A stretch of 64,000 bases of DNA, taken from the NCBI GenBank assembly GCA_035285865.1, contig JAYKHS010000014.1, positions 96,001 through 160,000 of the forward strand, given 5' to 3'. The stretch's first letter is position 1, and each line of letters begins with the position of its first letter. Positions 20,391 through 29,502 of the stretch are shown one piece after another. The position numbers were made by a program, and so were the translations under genes. The notes below the pieces were generated by a model, which saw nothing but the letters and a program-made list of their open reading frames with translations, did no database searches and was not told where the DNA came from. The DNA comes from Candidatus Sericytochromatia bacterium (GTDB lineage: Bacteria; Cyanobacteriota; Sericytochromatia; S15B-MN24; VGJW01).

Positions 20391-21824
20391 ATGTCCCAGG
20401 TGAATTCCGGTTCCGGGTTCGTCTACGTTCCTTCCTTCTCGGAAGTGAACCATCGCCCGCAGACCCAGACGCCGGTCCCGACCGAGCAGACCTTCCTGCC
20501 CGAGCCCACCCTCGTCCAGCCGCCGCCCGAGCCCGTGATCCGGCCGGAGCCGGTCCCGACGCCCCAGCCGCCGCGGTACCAGACGAGCGAGATCAAGGCT
20601 GATGGTCTCAATGCTTGCAGCTGGGGTGATCCGCATTTCGTGAGCGGCGACGGTCGCAAGTGGGACAACATGTTGCTTGCCGACATCGTGCTGGCCCGCA
20701 GCAAGGCCGGGGATCTCGAGATTCAATCGCGTCAGGAGCAGGTGGCCGGCCAGAGCAACGGCGTCACCTTCAACACCGAGGCGGCCGTCCGTTTCGGCAA
20801 GGAAGTCATCCGGTATGACGGCAAGAGCAACACGCTGACGCTCGATGGTCGCAAGCTCGACCTCAAGCCGGGCCAAACGGTGGCGCTCGATGGCGGTGGC
20901 TTCATCGAAAAGGTCGGCAACGACATCCGGATGGTGTCGGCCAAGGGTGATGAGGTCACCATCAAGGAGATGGGAGCCTACATCGACATTCATGTCACGC
21001 TTTCCGCCGCGCGCGGGGACGGCGAGGTGACGGGCGGGCTCGGTCGTTTCGACGCCGACACGGACGCCGGCAATGATCTGGTGATGCGGGATGGCAGCCA
21101 GACCCAGGACGTCGACAAGTTCAACAGCGAGTGGGTCGTCGGAGCGTCGGAGAGCCTGTTTGGGCTCGCGGACCGCGAGGCGGGCAAGGCCGCAGCCCAG
21201 AATCGGGTGGATGCGGCCGAGGCCAAGGTCGGCGAGCTGGCCGAGGCCGGTGAGGCAGCCCTGCGCAAGAACCCGATGGCGCGCACTGCGGCGGACAAGG
21301 CGACCGTAGCGGCCTATGAGGCGGCGAAGAAGGAACTCGCGGACGCACAGGCCGACTTGCAGGTCTTCGAGAATGACCGGGCTCGCGTGCTGGCGATGCA
21401 GGGGGTGTCCTCCTACGAGCAATTGCACGACCTGCTGTTGCAGGCCATCGCGGATCGGGGGCGCTACCAGCCCAGAGCCATGGCACTTTCGGCTACGGCG
21501 AACTTCGACCCGGGAGCGCTTTCGGCCGTCGACAGGGACATCCTTGCTCTGTTTCAGCGGATCCAGGAGCAGGAGAAGGAGTTGCGGCGTCGACTCGAGG
21601 AGGCCGAGGCCGGTCGCAAGGCCGCCGGGCAGCCCGTCCCGCGCACGACGCCCACGCGGATGCTGGGCCCCGTCCAGCCCGGTTCGCCTGCCACGCGCAT
21701 GCTGCGTCCCACGACCGGCACGCCGCAGCCGACTCCGGCTCCGGTCACGCCGCCCGGCATCTTCACGGCACCGGCCACTGATCTCGCCGGGAGTGGCGGC
21801 GGCCCCCGGATTACGGTTCGCTGA
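20391..21824 (+). CDS. VWD (von Willebrand D)-like domain protein with Pro-rich ends and coiled coils
   Basis: RBS GGAGG. CSWGDPHFVSGDGRKWD...GGLGRFDAD...NDLVMRDGS...FNSEWVV matches the VWD pattern. Confidence 0.7.
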   Translation: MSQVNSGSGFVYVPSFSEVNHRPQTQTPVPTEQTFLPEPTLVQPPPEPVIRPEPVPTPQPPRYQTSEIKADGLNACSWGDPHFVSGDGRKWDNMLLADIVLARSKAGDLEIQSRQEQVAGQSNGVTFNTEAAVRFGKEVIRYDGKSNTLTLDGRKLDLKPGQTVALDGGGFIEKVGNDIRMVSAKGDEVTIKEMGAYIDIHVTLSAARGDGEVTGGLGRFDADTDAGNDLVMRDGSQTQDVDKFNSEWVVGASESLFGLADREAGKAAAQNRVDAAEAKVGELAEAGEAALRKNPMARTAADKATVAAYEAAKKELADAQADLQVFENDRARVLAMQGVSSYEQLHDLLLQAIADRGRYQPRAMALSATANFDPGALSAVDRDILALFQRIQEQEKELRRRLEEAEAGRKAAGQPVPRTTPTRMLGPVQPGSPATRMLRPTTGTPQPTPAPVTPPGIFTAPATDLAGSGGGPRITVR

Positions 21825-21843
21825 CCCCGACTGACGACGAGCC

Positions 21844-23061
21844 TTGGCCATGCCTCCTTCGCAGCTTCTCCCTGATCTCGCTCCTCGGCTGGTGGCTTGG
21901 CGTCGTGATCTGCACATGCACCCCGAACTCGGCTTTGCCGAGCATCGCACGGCTGCCAAGGTGGCCGAGGTCCTCGCGCCGATGGTTTCCGAGGGGATGC
22001 AGATTCGGCCAGGCATCGCAGGCACGGGCCTTGCCGCGACCATCACCGGCGGGCGTCCGGGCAGGTGTCTGCTGGTGCGGGCCGACATGGACGCCTTGCC
22101 CATCCTCGAGGCCGATGACGGCAGGCCTTATCGGTCGCTTGTGGACGGCGTGATGCACGCGTGCGGCCATGATGGGCACGTGGCCATCCTGCTCGGTCTC
22201 GCCGAGCGCCTGTGGGCCCGGCGTCACGAGTTGGCCGGCACCGTCCGGCTCGTATTCCAGCCCGCCGAAGAGGGGCCCGGCGGCGCCGCGCCCATGATTG
22301 CCGAGGGCGTCCTCGAGGAGCCTCGCGTCGACGCGGCTATCGGGCTGCATCTCTGGAGCCAGTTGCCGGCGGGCACGATGGGGGTGCGCAGCGGGCCGGT
22401 CATGGCGGCGACGGACCAGATGGACATCGTCGTGGCCGGTTGCGGCGGTCACGGCGCCAAGCCTCAGGAAACGGTGGACGCCATCGTGCTGGCGGCTCAG
22501 GTGGTCAATGGCCTGCAGACTCTGGTCTCGCGCAACGTCGACCCGCTGCAACCCGCTGTCCTCACGCTGGGCACGATCAACGGTGGGTTCCGGCACAACG
22601 TCATCGCCCCCGAGGTCCGTCTGAGCGGTACGGTGCGCACTTACGCGCCAGAGGTTCAGGACTTGCTGGAGCGTCGCATCACCGAGGTCGTGGAAGGGCT
22701 TTGCGGGGCGATGGGGGGCTGCGGCCATGTCCAGTACACGCGAACCTACCCCGCAACTGTCAATCATGCGGGCATGACCCGGCTCGTGGCCGAGGCCGGA
22801 CGGGCCGTGCTGGGCGACGCAGCAGTCGTGCTTGCCGAGCCCTCGATGGGCGGAGAGGACATGGCCTACTTCCTCGAGGCCGTTCCGGGCAGCTTCTTCT
22901 TCCTCGGTGCAGCCCGACCGGACGCCGCGCCGGGGGCGCCCCACCATAGCCCCGGGTTCGACATCGACGAGTCCGCCCTGCCGTGCGGCGTTGCCGTGCT
23001 CGAGGAGGCCGTGTTCCGTTTCCTTGCCGACCCGGAACCGTGGCTCGGCGAAGAGGCCTGA
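21844..23061 (+). CDS. M20D amidohydrolase (HipO/YxeP-like)
   Basis: RRDLHMHPEL, RADMDALP, MHACGHDGH, FQPAEEG, GGHG, GGEDM, HHSPGFDIDE. Confidence 0.92.
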   Translation: MAMPPSQLLPDLAPRLVAWRRDLHMHPELGFAEHRTAAKVAEVLAPMVSEGMQIRPGIAGTGLAATITGGRPGRCLLVRADMDALPILEADDGRPYRSLVDGVMHACGHDGHVAILLGLAERLWARRHELAGTVRLVFQPAEEGPGGAAPMIAEGVLEEPRVDAAIGLHLWSQLPAGTMGVRSGPVMAATDQMDIVVAGCGGHGAKPQETVDAIVLAAQVVNGLQTLVSRNVDPLQPAVLTLGTINGGFRHNVIAPEVRLSGTVRTYAPEVQDLLERRITEVVEGLCGAMGGCGHVQYTRTYPATVNHAGMTRLVAEAGRAVLGDAAVVLAEPSMGGEDMAYFLEAVPGSFFFLGAARPDAAPGAPHHSPGFDIDESALPCGVAVLEEAVFRFLADPEPWLGEEA

Positions 23062-23071
23062 AGGGCGTCGA

Positions 23072-24046
23072 TCAGGCAGGGTTGCCTGAGGCCATGGCCT
23101 TGGTGGCGGCTCGGACGTGGTGGCCCATGTAGCGCGTGCAGGCCACGAGCGTGGTGCGTTCAGCGTCGGCCGATGGCGCGTCGGGCAGTTCCGGCCAGTT
23201 TGCTGCGGCCTCGCGGTCGCCCGTGGCCATCCGCTCCAGTGCTGCGGCTACGCGCGGCAAAACCTGTTCGTGGTCCGCATCCCTCACGCGCAGCAGGTCA
23301 AGGCCATAGTGTCCGGCCATCTCCAAGTGCCGGAGCGCAGCCTCGTAAGCGGAAAAGCGCTCGGCTGCGGCGGCCTGGCGTCCGGCACGCCACCAGCTCC
23401 ACTCCTGACGGAAGGCCCCCGCTTCCTGACGCCAGGCGACGAGGTCCCCATGCAGGATGTCGAAGGCCGCCGGCTCCTCTCCCGCACGGGTCCGCTCCAG
23501 CCCGGTCCGGAAGGCCTGCGCGAGGTCCCTGCCACCCTGCCGCAGGCGCGCGCCGAGCATGGAGCCGTAGTACCAGGGACCCAGCAACAGGGTGACGAGC
23601 ACGCCGCTCACCACCCCGACGAAGACAGCGATCATCCGGACGGGACCCGCGACCAGTTGGGGTTCGACGGGCATCTGGTACATGTACAGCGCCGAGAACA
23701 GGGCGACAGCCAGCGTCCCGAAACTCGCCCTGCGCCAGAGCACGAGGGACGCCGTCAGAAAGATCGCCAGGGCGAGCGGGCCTGCGGCCACGGGGCCGAG
23801 CGCCAGCAGCAGCGAGCCGATCAGGGCGCCCGCAAGGCTGCCGAGCAACTGCGAAACGGCCTCCTTGAGTCCCCCCGTGACCGTCGGCTGCACGCACATC
23901 ATCGCGACGAATCCTGCCGACAAGCCATCCTTGGGCAGGCTCGCGGGCAGCAGGCCCAGACTTGTCACGGCCACGGCCGCTGCAACACCCAGCTTGAATG
24001 GGTACACGAACCACAGGAGCCGATCGGGAATACTCAGGGTGACCAT
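23072..24046 (-). CDS. FUSC/aromatic acid exporter-like membrane protein (start 24046 or 24055)
   Basis: FKLGVAAAVA...AGFVAMMCVQPTV...LLGSLAGALIG; about 5 TMs followed by a helical cytoplasmic domain. Confidence 0.7.
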   Translation of the reverse strand: MVTLSIPDRLLWFVYPFKLGVAAAVAVTSLGLLPASLPKDGLSAGFVAMMCVQPTVTGGLKEAVSQLLGSLAGALIGSLLLALGPVAAGPLALAIFLTASLVLWRRASFGTLAVALFSALYMYQMPVEPQLVAGPVRMIAVFVGVVSGVLVTLLLGPWYYGSMLGARLRQGGRDLAQAFRTGLERTRAGEEPAAFDILHGDLVAWRQEAGAFRQEWSWWRAGRQAAAAERFSAYEAALRHLEMAGHYGLDLLRVRDADHEQVLPRVAAALERMATGDREAAANWPELPDAPSADAERTTLVACTRYMGHHVRAATKAMASGNPA

Positions 24047-24130
24047 GTCGCCCATCGTACCCGCCGGCCTGCGTCACGTCTGTGGTATAGTCGAGGCCTG
24101 TGGCTTTTGCGCTCTTTTTCCGGTGATGGC

Positions 24131-25993
24131 ATGACAGATCCCGCGCGCAGCGCGCTCATCGTCGATCATGGCTCCGTGTGGCAGGCTCTGCGCCAGCGAT
24201 TCGGTGCCGGTACCATCGATGACGACTTCGCGGTCGACCTGGTCGCCAACCTGCAGGAAAAGGTGGCCGAAATTGCTCCGGACAGCCGCTGCATCGTTCT
24301 GGGCGATTGGTCGGATCCCGAACTGGGCCAGCATGCCCGGATGTTTGCCCGCTGCGGTTTCGAGGTGGTCATGGACATGGCCGCCATCCCGGCTCCGGAG
24401 GGCGGTCGCTTCCGCGCGACTCTGGACGAGCACCTCGCCCGGCATCCGCAGGCCACGACCCTGATCCTCGCCACCACGGACGGCAGCCTCGCCGCCGACC
24501 TCGAGGCCCTGCGCCAGCAACAGCGCATCGTCCTGGTCTGGGGCATCCGCACGGCGACGCCGCAGGCGCTGTGCGAGGCCGCCACCAACTACGCCTTTCT
24601 GGACGAGATGCTCAGCGACGTCCTTGACCTGGCCCAGCAGGTGCCCTCCGAGCGCTCGCCCGCCCCGCCTGCACGTCCCGGCGTCAGGCCCGGGACCGGA
24701 CCCTTCAAGGGACGGCCCGAGGCAGACGAGGAAGGCCTCGGCCCGCGCGAGGCTGCAGGCGACCTGCGGGATCGCGGCGAGCATGTCGGCACCCTCGATG
24801 CCATCATCGTCTACGCCGATTACTACATGCGGGCCAATCGCTTCGACTTCCTGACCTTCGCCAAGTTCCTGGATTTCCTGCACCAGCGCGACCTCGTCGG
24901 CCATACGGATGCCGAACGCGAAATCTGGCTCAAGTCGGCCGTCGAGACGCCTTCGTTCCACATCGAGTCCGTCACGCTCGTCGACCAGCACACCCATGAG
25001 CCCAAGACCATCCGGCGCTTCCGGCTTGTCGGACAGGATGCCCGCGTGGACGAGGCCCGGCGCATGCTGGCCGAGATCCTGGCCTTCCTGTCCGGAACGC
25101 TCACGGATACCTTCAACCCCAGCTTCAGCAAGCTGCGCGACCATCTGCAGCAGCAGTTCCCGGCTTTGACGATGGATCGGATTCACGGCTGGCTCTCCTG
25201 GTACAAGGAGACGCGCGTCATCCTGTCCAAGGAAGTGCCGCACAAGAAGGATCCGTCCATCCGGGTCAAGCTGATCCGCCTGAACCCCGACCACTTCCTG
25301 ATCAAGCACCTCGCGGCCGGTCCGTACTTCGGCCCGGAGGAGACGCTCGTGTGTCTGCTGGATGCCTATCTGGTCGAGCATGACCATGAGTGGATGGCCG
25401 CCAGCAAGTTGCTCGAGCGGCTGGCGGACAAGCTCGTCCAGGACGGCCGTGCGCCGGTGGAGGCGCGTCGCGAGGCCAAGGAGGTGCTGGATGCGGCCAA
25501 GCAGGCCGGCCTTATCACCGTTTCCAAGCCTGCGGCCCGCAGCGAAACGCTTTCCGACGACACGGAAGCGGCTCCCGCTGCTCCCCCCCCGGCCAGTCAG
25601 GTCTACCTGTGCGACGACAAGGAGTGGGTCTGCGACATTCTCGATCGCCGGGATGACCTGATCCAGGCCATGCACGATGCCCTGCGGGGCCGTGTCTGGA
25701 TTGCCCGCAGCACGCTTCAGCGCGAGTTGCTGCCTCTCTTTGCAGAGGACAGCCGCCAGGAGAGCGAGGCCCGGCCGCACGAGCGCATCCACTTCTGGAT
25801 CGGTCTGATGACCTACCTGCGCCAGTTCGTGCCCCGGCAGGTTCCCAATCCCCGCGGAGGCACCACCCACGCGCTCGTCCTCAACCCGTCGAGCAAGGTC
25901 GTCCAGGCTGCCCTCGAGGACCTCGGCTATGACGACGAAGCCGAAGGCGATGCCGAGGACGAAGGGGATCCGGTCGCCGGCACCAGCATCTGA
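24131..25993 (+). CDS. degenerate NYN (LabA/DUF88-like) domain protein with C-terminal repeated winged-helix-like domains
   Basis: ALIVDHGSV...LGDWS...LILATTDGSLA..LEALRQQQRIVLVWG...QALCEAATNYAFLDE follows the NYN topology; downstream helix plus beta-hairpin repeats. Confidence 0.6.
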   Translation: MTDPARSALIVDHGSVWQALRQRFGAGTIDDDFAVDLVANLQEKVAEIAPDSRCIVLGDWSDPELGQHARMFARCGFEVVMDMAAIPAPEGGRFRATLDEHLARHPQATTLILATTDGSLAADLEALRQQQRIVLVWGIRTATPQALCEAATNYAFLDEMLSDVLDLAQQVPSERSPAPPARPGVRPGTGPFKGRPEADEEGLGPREAAGDLRDRGEHVGTLDAIIVYADYYMRANRFDFLTFAKFLDFLHQRDLVGHTDAEREIWLKSAVETPSFHIESVTLVDQHTHEPKTIRRFRLVGQDARVDEARRMLAEILAFLSGTLTDTFNPSFSKLRDHLQQQFPALTMDRIHGWLSWYKETRVILSKEVPHKKDPSIRVKLIRLNPDHFLIKHLAAGPYFGPEETLVCLLDAYLVEHDHEWMAASKLLERLADKLVQDGRAPVEARREAKEVLDAAKQAGLITVSKPAARSETLSDDTEAAPAAPPPASQVYLCDDKEWVCDILDRRDDLIQAMHDALRGRVWIARSTLQRELLPLFAEDSRQESEARPHERIHFWIGLMTYLRQFVPRQVPNPRGGTTHALVLNPSSKVVQAALEDLGYDDEAEGDAEDEGDPVAGTSI

Positions 25994-25999
25994 CGGTCT

Positions 26000-26575
26000 T
26001 CAGGCCAGCTGTTGCAGCAGGGCTTCGAGTGCCCTGCCGCGATGCGACAGGGCGTCCTTCTGGGCAGGAGTGGCCTCGGCCAGCGTGCAGCCCAATGCCG
26101 GACAGTGGAACACGGGGTCGTAACCGAATCCGCCCGCTCCGGCCGGCTCGAGGGTAATGCTCCCTTCGACCCGGCCCTCCGTCTCGAGGAGCCGACCATC
26201 GGGCCAAGCGAGACATAGCGCGCAGACGAAGGCAGCCCGTCGATCCGGTGTCGCGCCCAGTTCGTCCAGCACGCGCGCGATTCGGGCCTCGGGCGTGTCG
26301 GCATAGCGTGCCGAATGGATGCCGGGCCGCCCATCGAGGGCCGTGACGACGAGGCCGGAATCGTCGGCAAGCGCCACGCGGCCCGTCATTCTTGCGACCG
26401 TCACGGCCTTCTTGCGGGCATTGCCGGCGAATGTGTCGGCATCCTCCTCGACTTCGATGGCATGCTCGAGGGCCGCGAGTCGCAACGGGCCGCCGGGCGG
26501 AAGCATCCTGCCGAATTCTTCCAGCTTGTGGGCATTGGTCGTCGCCAGCACGACCTCTAGGGCGTCGGTGCTCAT
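26000..26575 (-). CDS. rdgB: non-canonical purine NTP pyrophosphatase (Ham1/RdgB)
   Basis: LATTNAHKLEE, ADDSGL, PGIHSARY, GFGYDPVF, SHRGRA. Confidence 0.95.
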   Translation of the reverse strand: MSTDALEVVLATTNAHKLEEFGRMLPPGGPLRLAALEHAIEVEEDADTFAGNARKKAVTVARMTGRVALADDSGLVVTALDGRPGIHSARYADTPEARIARVLDELGATPDRRAAFVCALCLAWPDGRLLETEGRVEGSITLEPAGAGGFGYDPVFHCPALGCTLAEATPAQKDALSHRGRALEALLQQLA

Positions 26576-28752
26576 GCGGGTTTCTTGCCCCCGGATGCCT
26601 GCCCGCGCTGGGTCCGGTAGGCGCGAATGACATCCGCGATTCGGCCGATGGTTGCCAGTACCCGCTCCAGGTGGGCCACGTCCGTCACGTCCACCGTCAT
26701 GTGCACGACGAGGATGCGGTCGCGGGCCTTGCGGACGTCGATATTGCGGATGTTGGTCTTGATGTCGGCGATCTTGACGGTGATGTCCTTGAGCAGACCG
26801 ACCCGATCCATGACTTCGACGGCGATGTGGACTGGGAACGTGGCCTTCGGATCACTCTGCCACTCGACCGCGACCAGGCGACCCGCCTCCACGCGCGCCA
26901 GATTGGGACAGCCCTCGGCGTGGATGGAAATGCCCTTGCCCTTGGTGACGGCGCCCGTGATGCGCTCACCCGGTACCGGCGCGCAGCAGCGCGCGACGGA
27001 CAGCAGCATGCCGCCCCCACCCTCCACGAGGATGCCTGTCCCGCGCGAGCGCAGCGGCTGTGCCTTGGCGGGCACCAACGGGATGTCGACCGGCTTGGGG
27101 GCCACGGCGTCGCGGAACTGCTGCGCCACCGACGAGGCCACCTTCTCCCCGTAGCCGATGGCCGCGAGCAGGTCGTCCGGCGTGCCCATCTTGAGCCGGG
27201 CGCAGAGATCGGCCAGAGACTCGGGTTTGGCAAGGGCTGCCTGACGGGTGCGGTCCAGCTCACGCTCCAGCGCCTCTCGACCCAGGACAATCATCTCGTC
27301 GCGGCGTTGCTTCTTGTACCAGCCGCGGATGCGCTGCTTGGCCGTGTTCGTGACGGCGAAGGCCAGCCAGTCGAGGCGCGGGCGCTCGATCTTGCCGGTC
27401 AGGACCTCGATGATGTCCCCATTGCGCAGCCGGGTCTCGAGCGGGACCATTCGCCCGTTCACGCGGGCCCCGGTGCAACGATGCCCCACGCTGGAGTGGA
27501 CTCGGTAGGCGAAGTCGATGCAGGTGGATCCCTGCATCAGGTCGATGACGTCCCCGGCAGGCGTGAAGACGAAGACCTCCTCGCTGAAAAGGTCGTCCTT
27601 GACGGAGGACATGAACTCGTCCGCATCGTGCATCTCGGGTTGCCAATCCAGAAACTGCCGCAGCCAGGTCAGCTTCTCGTCGGACTTCGAGAACGCGCCG
27701 CCCTCCTTGTAGCGCCAATGCGCCGCGATGCCATACTCGGCGACCTGATGCATCTCCTGAGTGCGGATCTGGACTTCGAAGGGCGCCCCGTGGGGACCCA
27801 TCACGGCGGTATGCAGGCTCTGGTAGCGATTGCCCTTGGGCATCGCGATATAGTCCTTGAAACGGCCCGGCAAGGGCAGCCATCGCGTGTGGACGAGGCC
27901 CAGCGCGTGGTAGCAGTCGGGAATGGTGTCGACGATGACGCGCAGGGCCGTCACGTCGAAGAGGTCGGCGAAATCCTTGCCCTGGGAGGTCATCTTGTTC
28001 CAGATGCTGTAGAAGTGCTTGGGCCGTCCCAGCACCTTGCCACGGATGCCCGCAGCCTCAAGATCGGCCTCGATCTGACCGACGATCTCGCGCAGCTTGG
28101 CTTCGCGTTCGTCACGCTTCTCGGCCACGAGGCCCGTGATGCGGGCGTACTCGTCGGCATGTAGCCAGCGGAAGCAGAGGTCCTCGAGCTCCCATTTGAG
28201 CTTTCCCATGCCCAGCCGATGGGCCAGAGGCGAGAAGATGTCGAGCGTTTCCTGCGCGATCTCGACCTGCTTCTCGCGCGCCATGGGGCCAAGCGTCCGC
28301 ATGTTGTGCAGACGGTCTGCAAGCTTGACGACGATGACGCGGATGTCCTGGGCCATCGCGAGGAACATCCGGCGGAAGTTTTCGGCCTGCCGTTCGCGCT
28401 TGCTCGAGAAGGACAGCTTGCCCAGCTTCGTTACGCCGGCGACGAGTTGGACCACCTGTTTGCCGAAGCGCTCCTCGAGCGCCGGTTCACCCACGTCGGT
28501 GTCCTCGAGGACGTCATGGAGCAGGCCTGCAGCGATGGTCGGGGCGTCGGCGCCGAGGCGCGCGAGGATCAGCGCCACCTCATAGGGGTGGACGATGTAG
28601 GGTTCGCCGGACTTGCGGGCCTGGCCCTCGTGCATCCTGTGCGCGAAGGCATAGGCATCACGCACGAGCGCGACGCCGTCCGGGGGAAGCGTGCCCTCGA
28701 CGAGACCGATCAGGGCGTCGTGGGGTTCACGCGGCGGTGCAGCGGATGACAA
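26572..28752 (-). CDS. rel: bifunctional (p)ppGpp synthetase/hydrolase (long RSH)
   Basis: RKSGEPYIVHP, intact HD motif (LHDVLEDT), RFKDYIA, YQSLHT, EVQIRT; TGS, ZFD (ARCCAP) and ACT domains. Confidence 0.96.
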   Translation of the reverse strand: MSSAAPPREPHDALIGLVEGTLPPDGVALVRDAYAFAHRMHEGQARKSGEPYIVHPYEVALILARLGADAPTIAAGLLHDVLEDTDVGEPALEERFGKQVVQLVAGVTKLGKLSFSSKRERQAENFRRMFLAMAQDIRVIVVKLADRLHNMRTLGPMAREKQVEIAQETLDIFSPLAHRLGMGKLKWELEDLCFRWLHADEYARITGLVAEKRDEREAKLREIVGQIEADLEAAGIRGKVLGRPKHFYSIWNKMTSQGKDFADLFDVTALRVIVDTIPDCYHALGLVHTRWLPLPGRFKDYIAMPKGNRYQSLHTAVMGPHGAPFEVQIRTQEMHQVAEYGIAAHWRYKEGGAFSKSDEKLTWLRQFLDWQPEMHDADEFMSSVKDDLFSEEVFVFTPAGDVIDLMQGSTCIDFAYRVHSSVGHRCTGARVNGRMVPLETRLRNGDIIEVLTGKIERPRLDWLAFAVTNTAKQRIRGWYKKQRRDEMIVLGREALERELDRTRQAALAKPESLADLCARLKMGTPDDLLAAIGYGEKVASSVAQQFRDAVAPKPVDIPLVPAKAQPLRSRGTGILVEGGGGMLLSVARCCAPVPGERITGAVTKGKGISIHAEGCPNLARVEAGRLVAVEWQSDPKATFPVHIAVEVMDRVGLLKDITVKIADIKTNIRNIDVRKARDRILVVHMTVDVTDVAHLERVLATIGRIADVIRAYRTQRGQASGGKKPA

Positions 28753-28834
28753 GGTTCAGGAGTCATACCCCTGAAGCAAGCCTGCGTCACGGTCGCGGCC
28801 ACCAGAATGGCCTGTTCGGGCCGGCCTTGATGGC

Positions 28835-29374
28835 TCAGTACGTCAGGATCGGGTAGATGTCGAGGCCCAGCTCGGCGACCCGCGCCCGGCCACCCAGGAA
28901 GGAGAGTTCGACGAGGAAGGCCGCCTCGATCACGTCGCCGCCAAGCTGCCGCACCAGTTCCAGCGTGGCCGATACCGTGCCGCCCGTGGCCAGCAGGTCG
29001 TCCACGATCAGGACCCGGCTGCCGGGAGCGAGGGCATCCTCGTGGATTTCGAGGGCATCGGTGCCGTACTCGAGCGTGTAGGTCTGGCGCACGGTGCGGG
29101 CGGGCAGCTTGCCGGGCTTGCGGACGGGGACGAAGCCGCAGCCCAGCGCGTAGGCGAGCGGAGCGCCCAGGATGAACCCGCGAGACTCGATGCCCACGAC
29201 GGCATCGACGCGGGAGTCGGCATGCCGCGCGGCGATGTGGTCGACGGCCGCCCGGAAGACCTCGGGCTCCTGCAGCAACGGCGTGATGTCCTTGAAGACG
29301 ATCCCCGGCTTGGGGAAGTCGGGAACATCGCGGATCCGGTCCTTGAAGCGGGCGGTCAACTCAGCCGTGAGCAC
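28835..29374 (-). CDS. apt: adenine phosphoribosyltransferase
   Basis: [41 protein letters not shown]. Confidence 0.97.
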   Translation of the reverse strand: MLTAELTARFKDRIRDVPDFPKPGIVFKDITPLLQEPEVFRAAVDHIAARHADSRVDAVVGIESRGFILGAPLAYALGCGFVPVRKPGKLPARTVRQTYTLEYGTDALEIHEDALAPGSRVLIVDDLLATGGTVSATLELVRQLGGDVIEAAFLVELSFLGGRARVAELGLDIYPILTY

Positions 29375-29502
29375 GTCGGGAACCTCTGGCCCCCTTCACG
29401 CGCGGAAGGGGAAGCTGCATGTTAGCCCATCCCCGGCATCCTGGTCCAAGGCGGGCGCGGTTTCGGGTTGCAGGGGGCCAGCCTTCGGGCATAGGTCAGG
29501 TG

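Noticed and set aside
20455..20575. Quasi-repeated CCGA/CCCG units (also 9510-9590 and 31550-31670) as possible arrays
   Set aside because: They encode Pro/Thr/Glu linkers; there is no constant repeat-spacer structure, so they are not CRISPR or tandem repeats.
18480..22103. 1207-aa ORF suggesting a giant carboxylase fusion
   Set aside because: Carboxylase homology starts at [11 protein letters not shown] (20222). The upstream part is the stop-free antisense shadow of the VWD gene.
23117..24130. N-terminal extension making the NYN protein 958 aa
   Set aside because: Antisense to the FUSC gene; a good promoter and ATG exist at 24083-24131.
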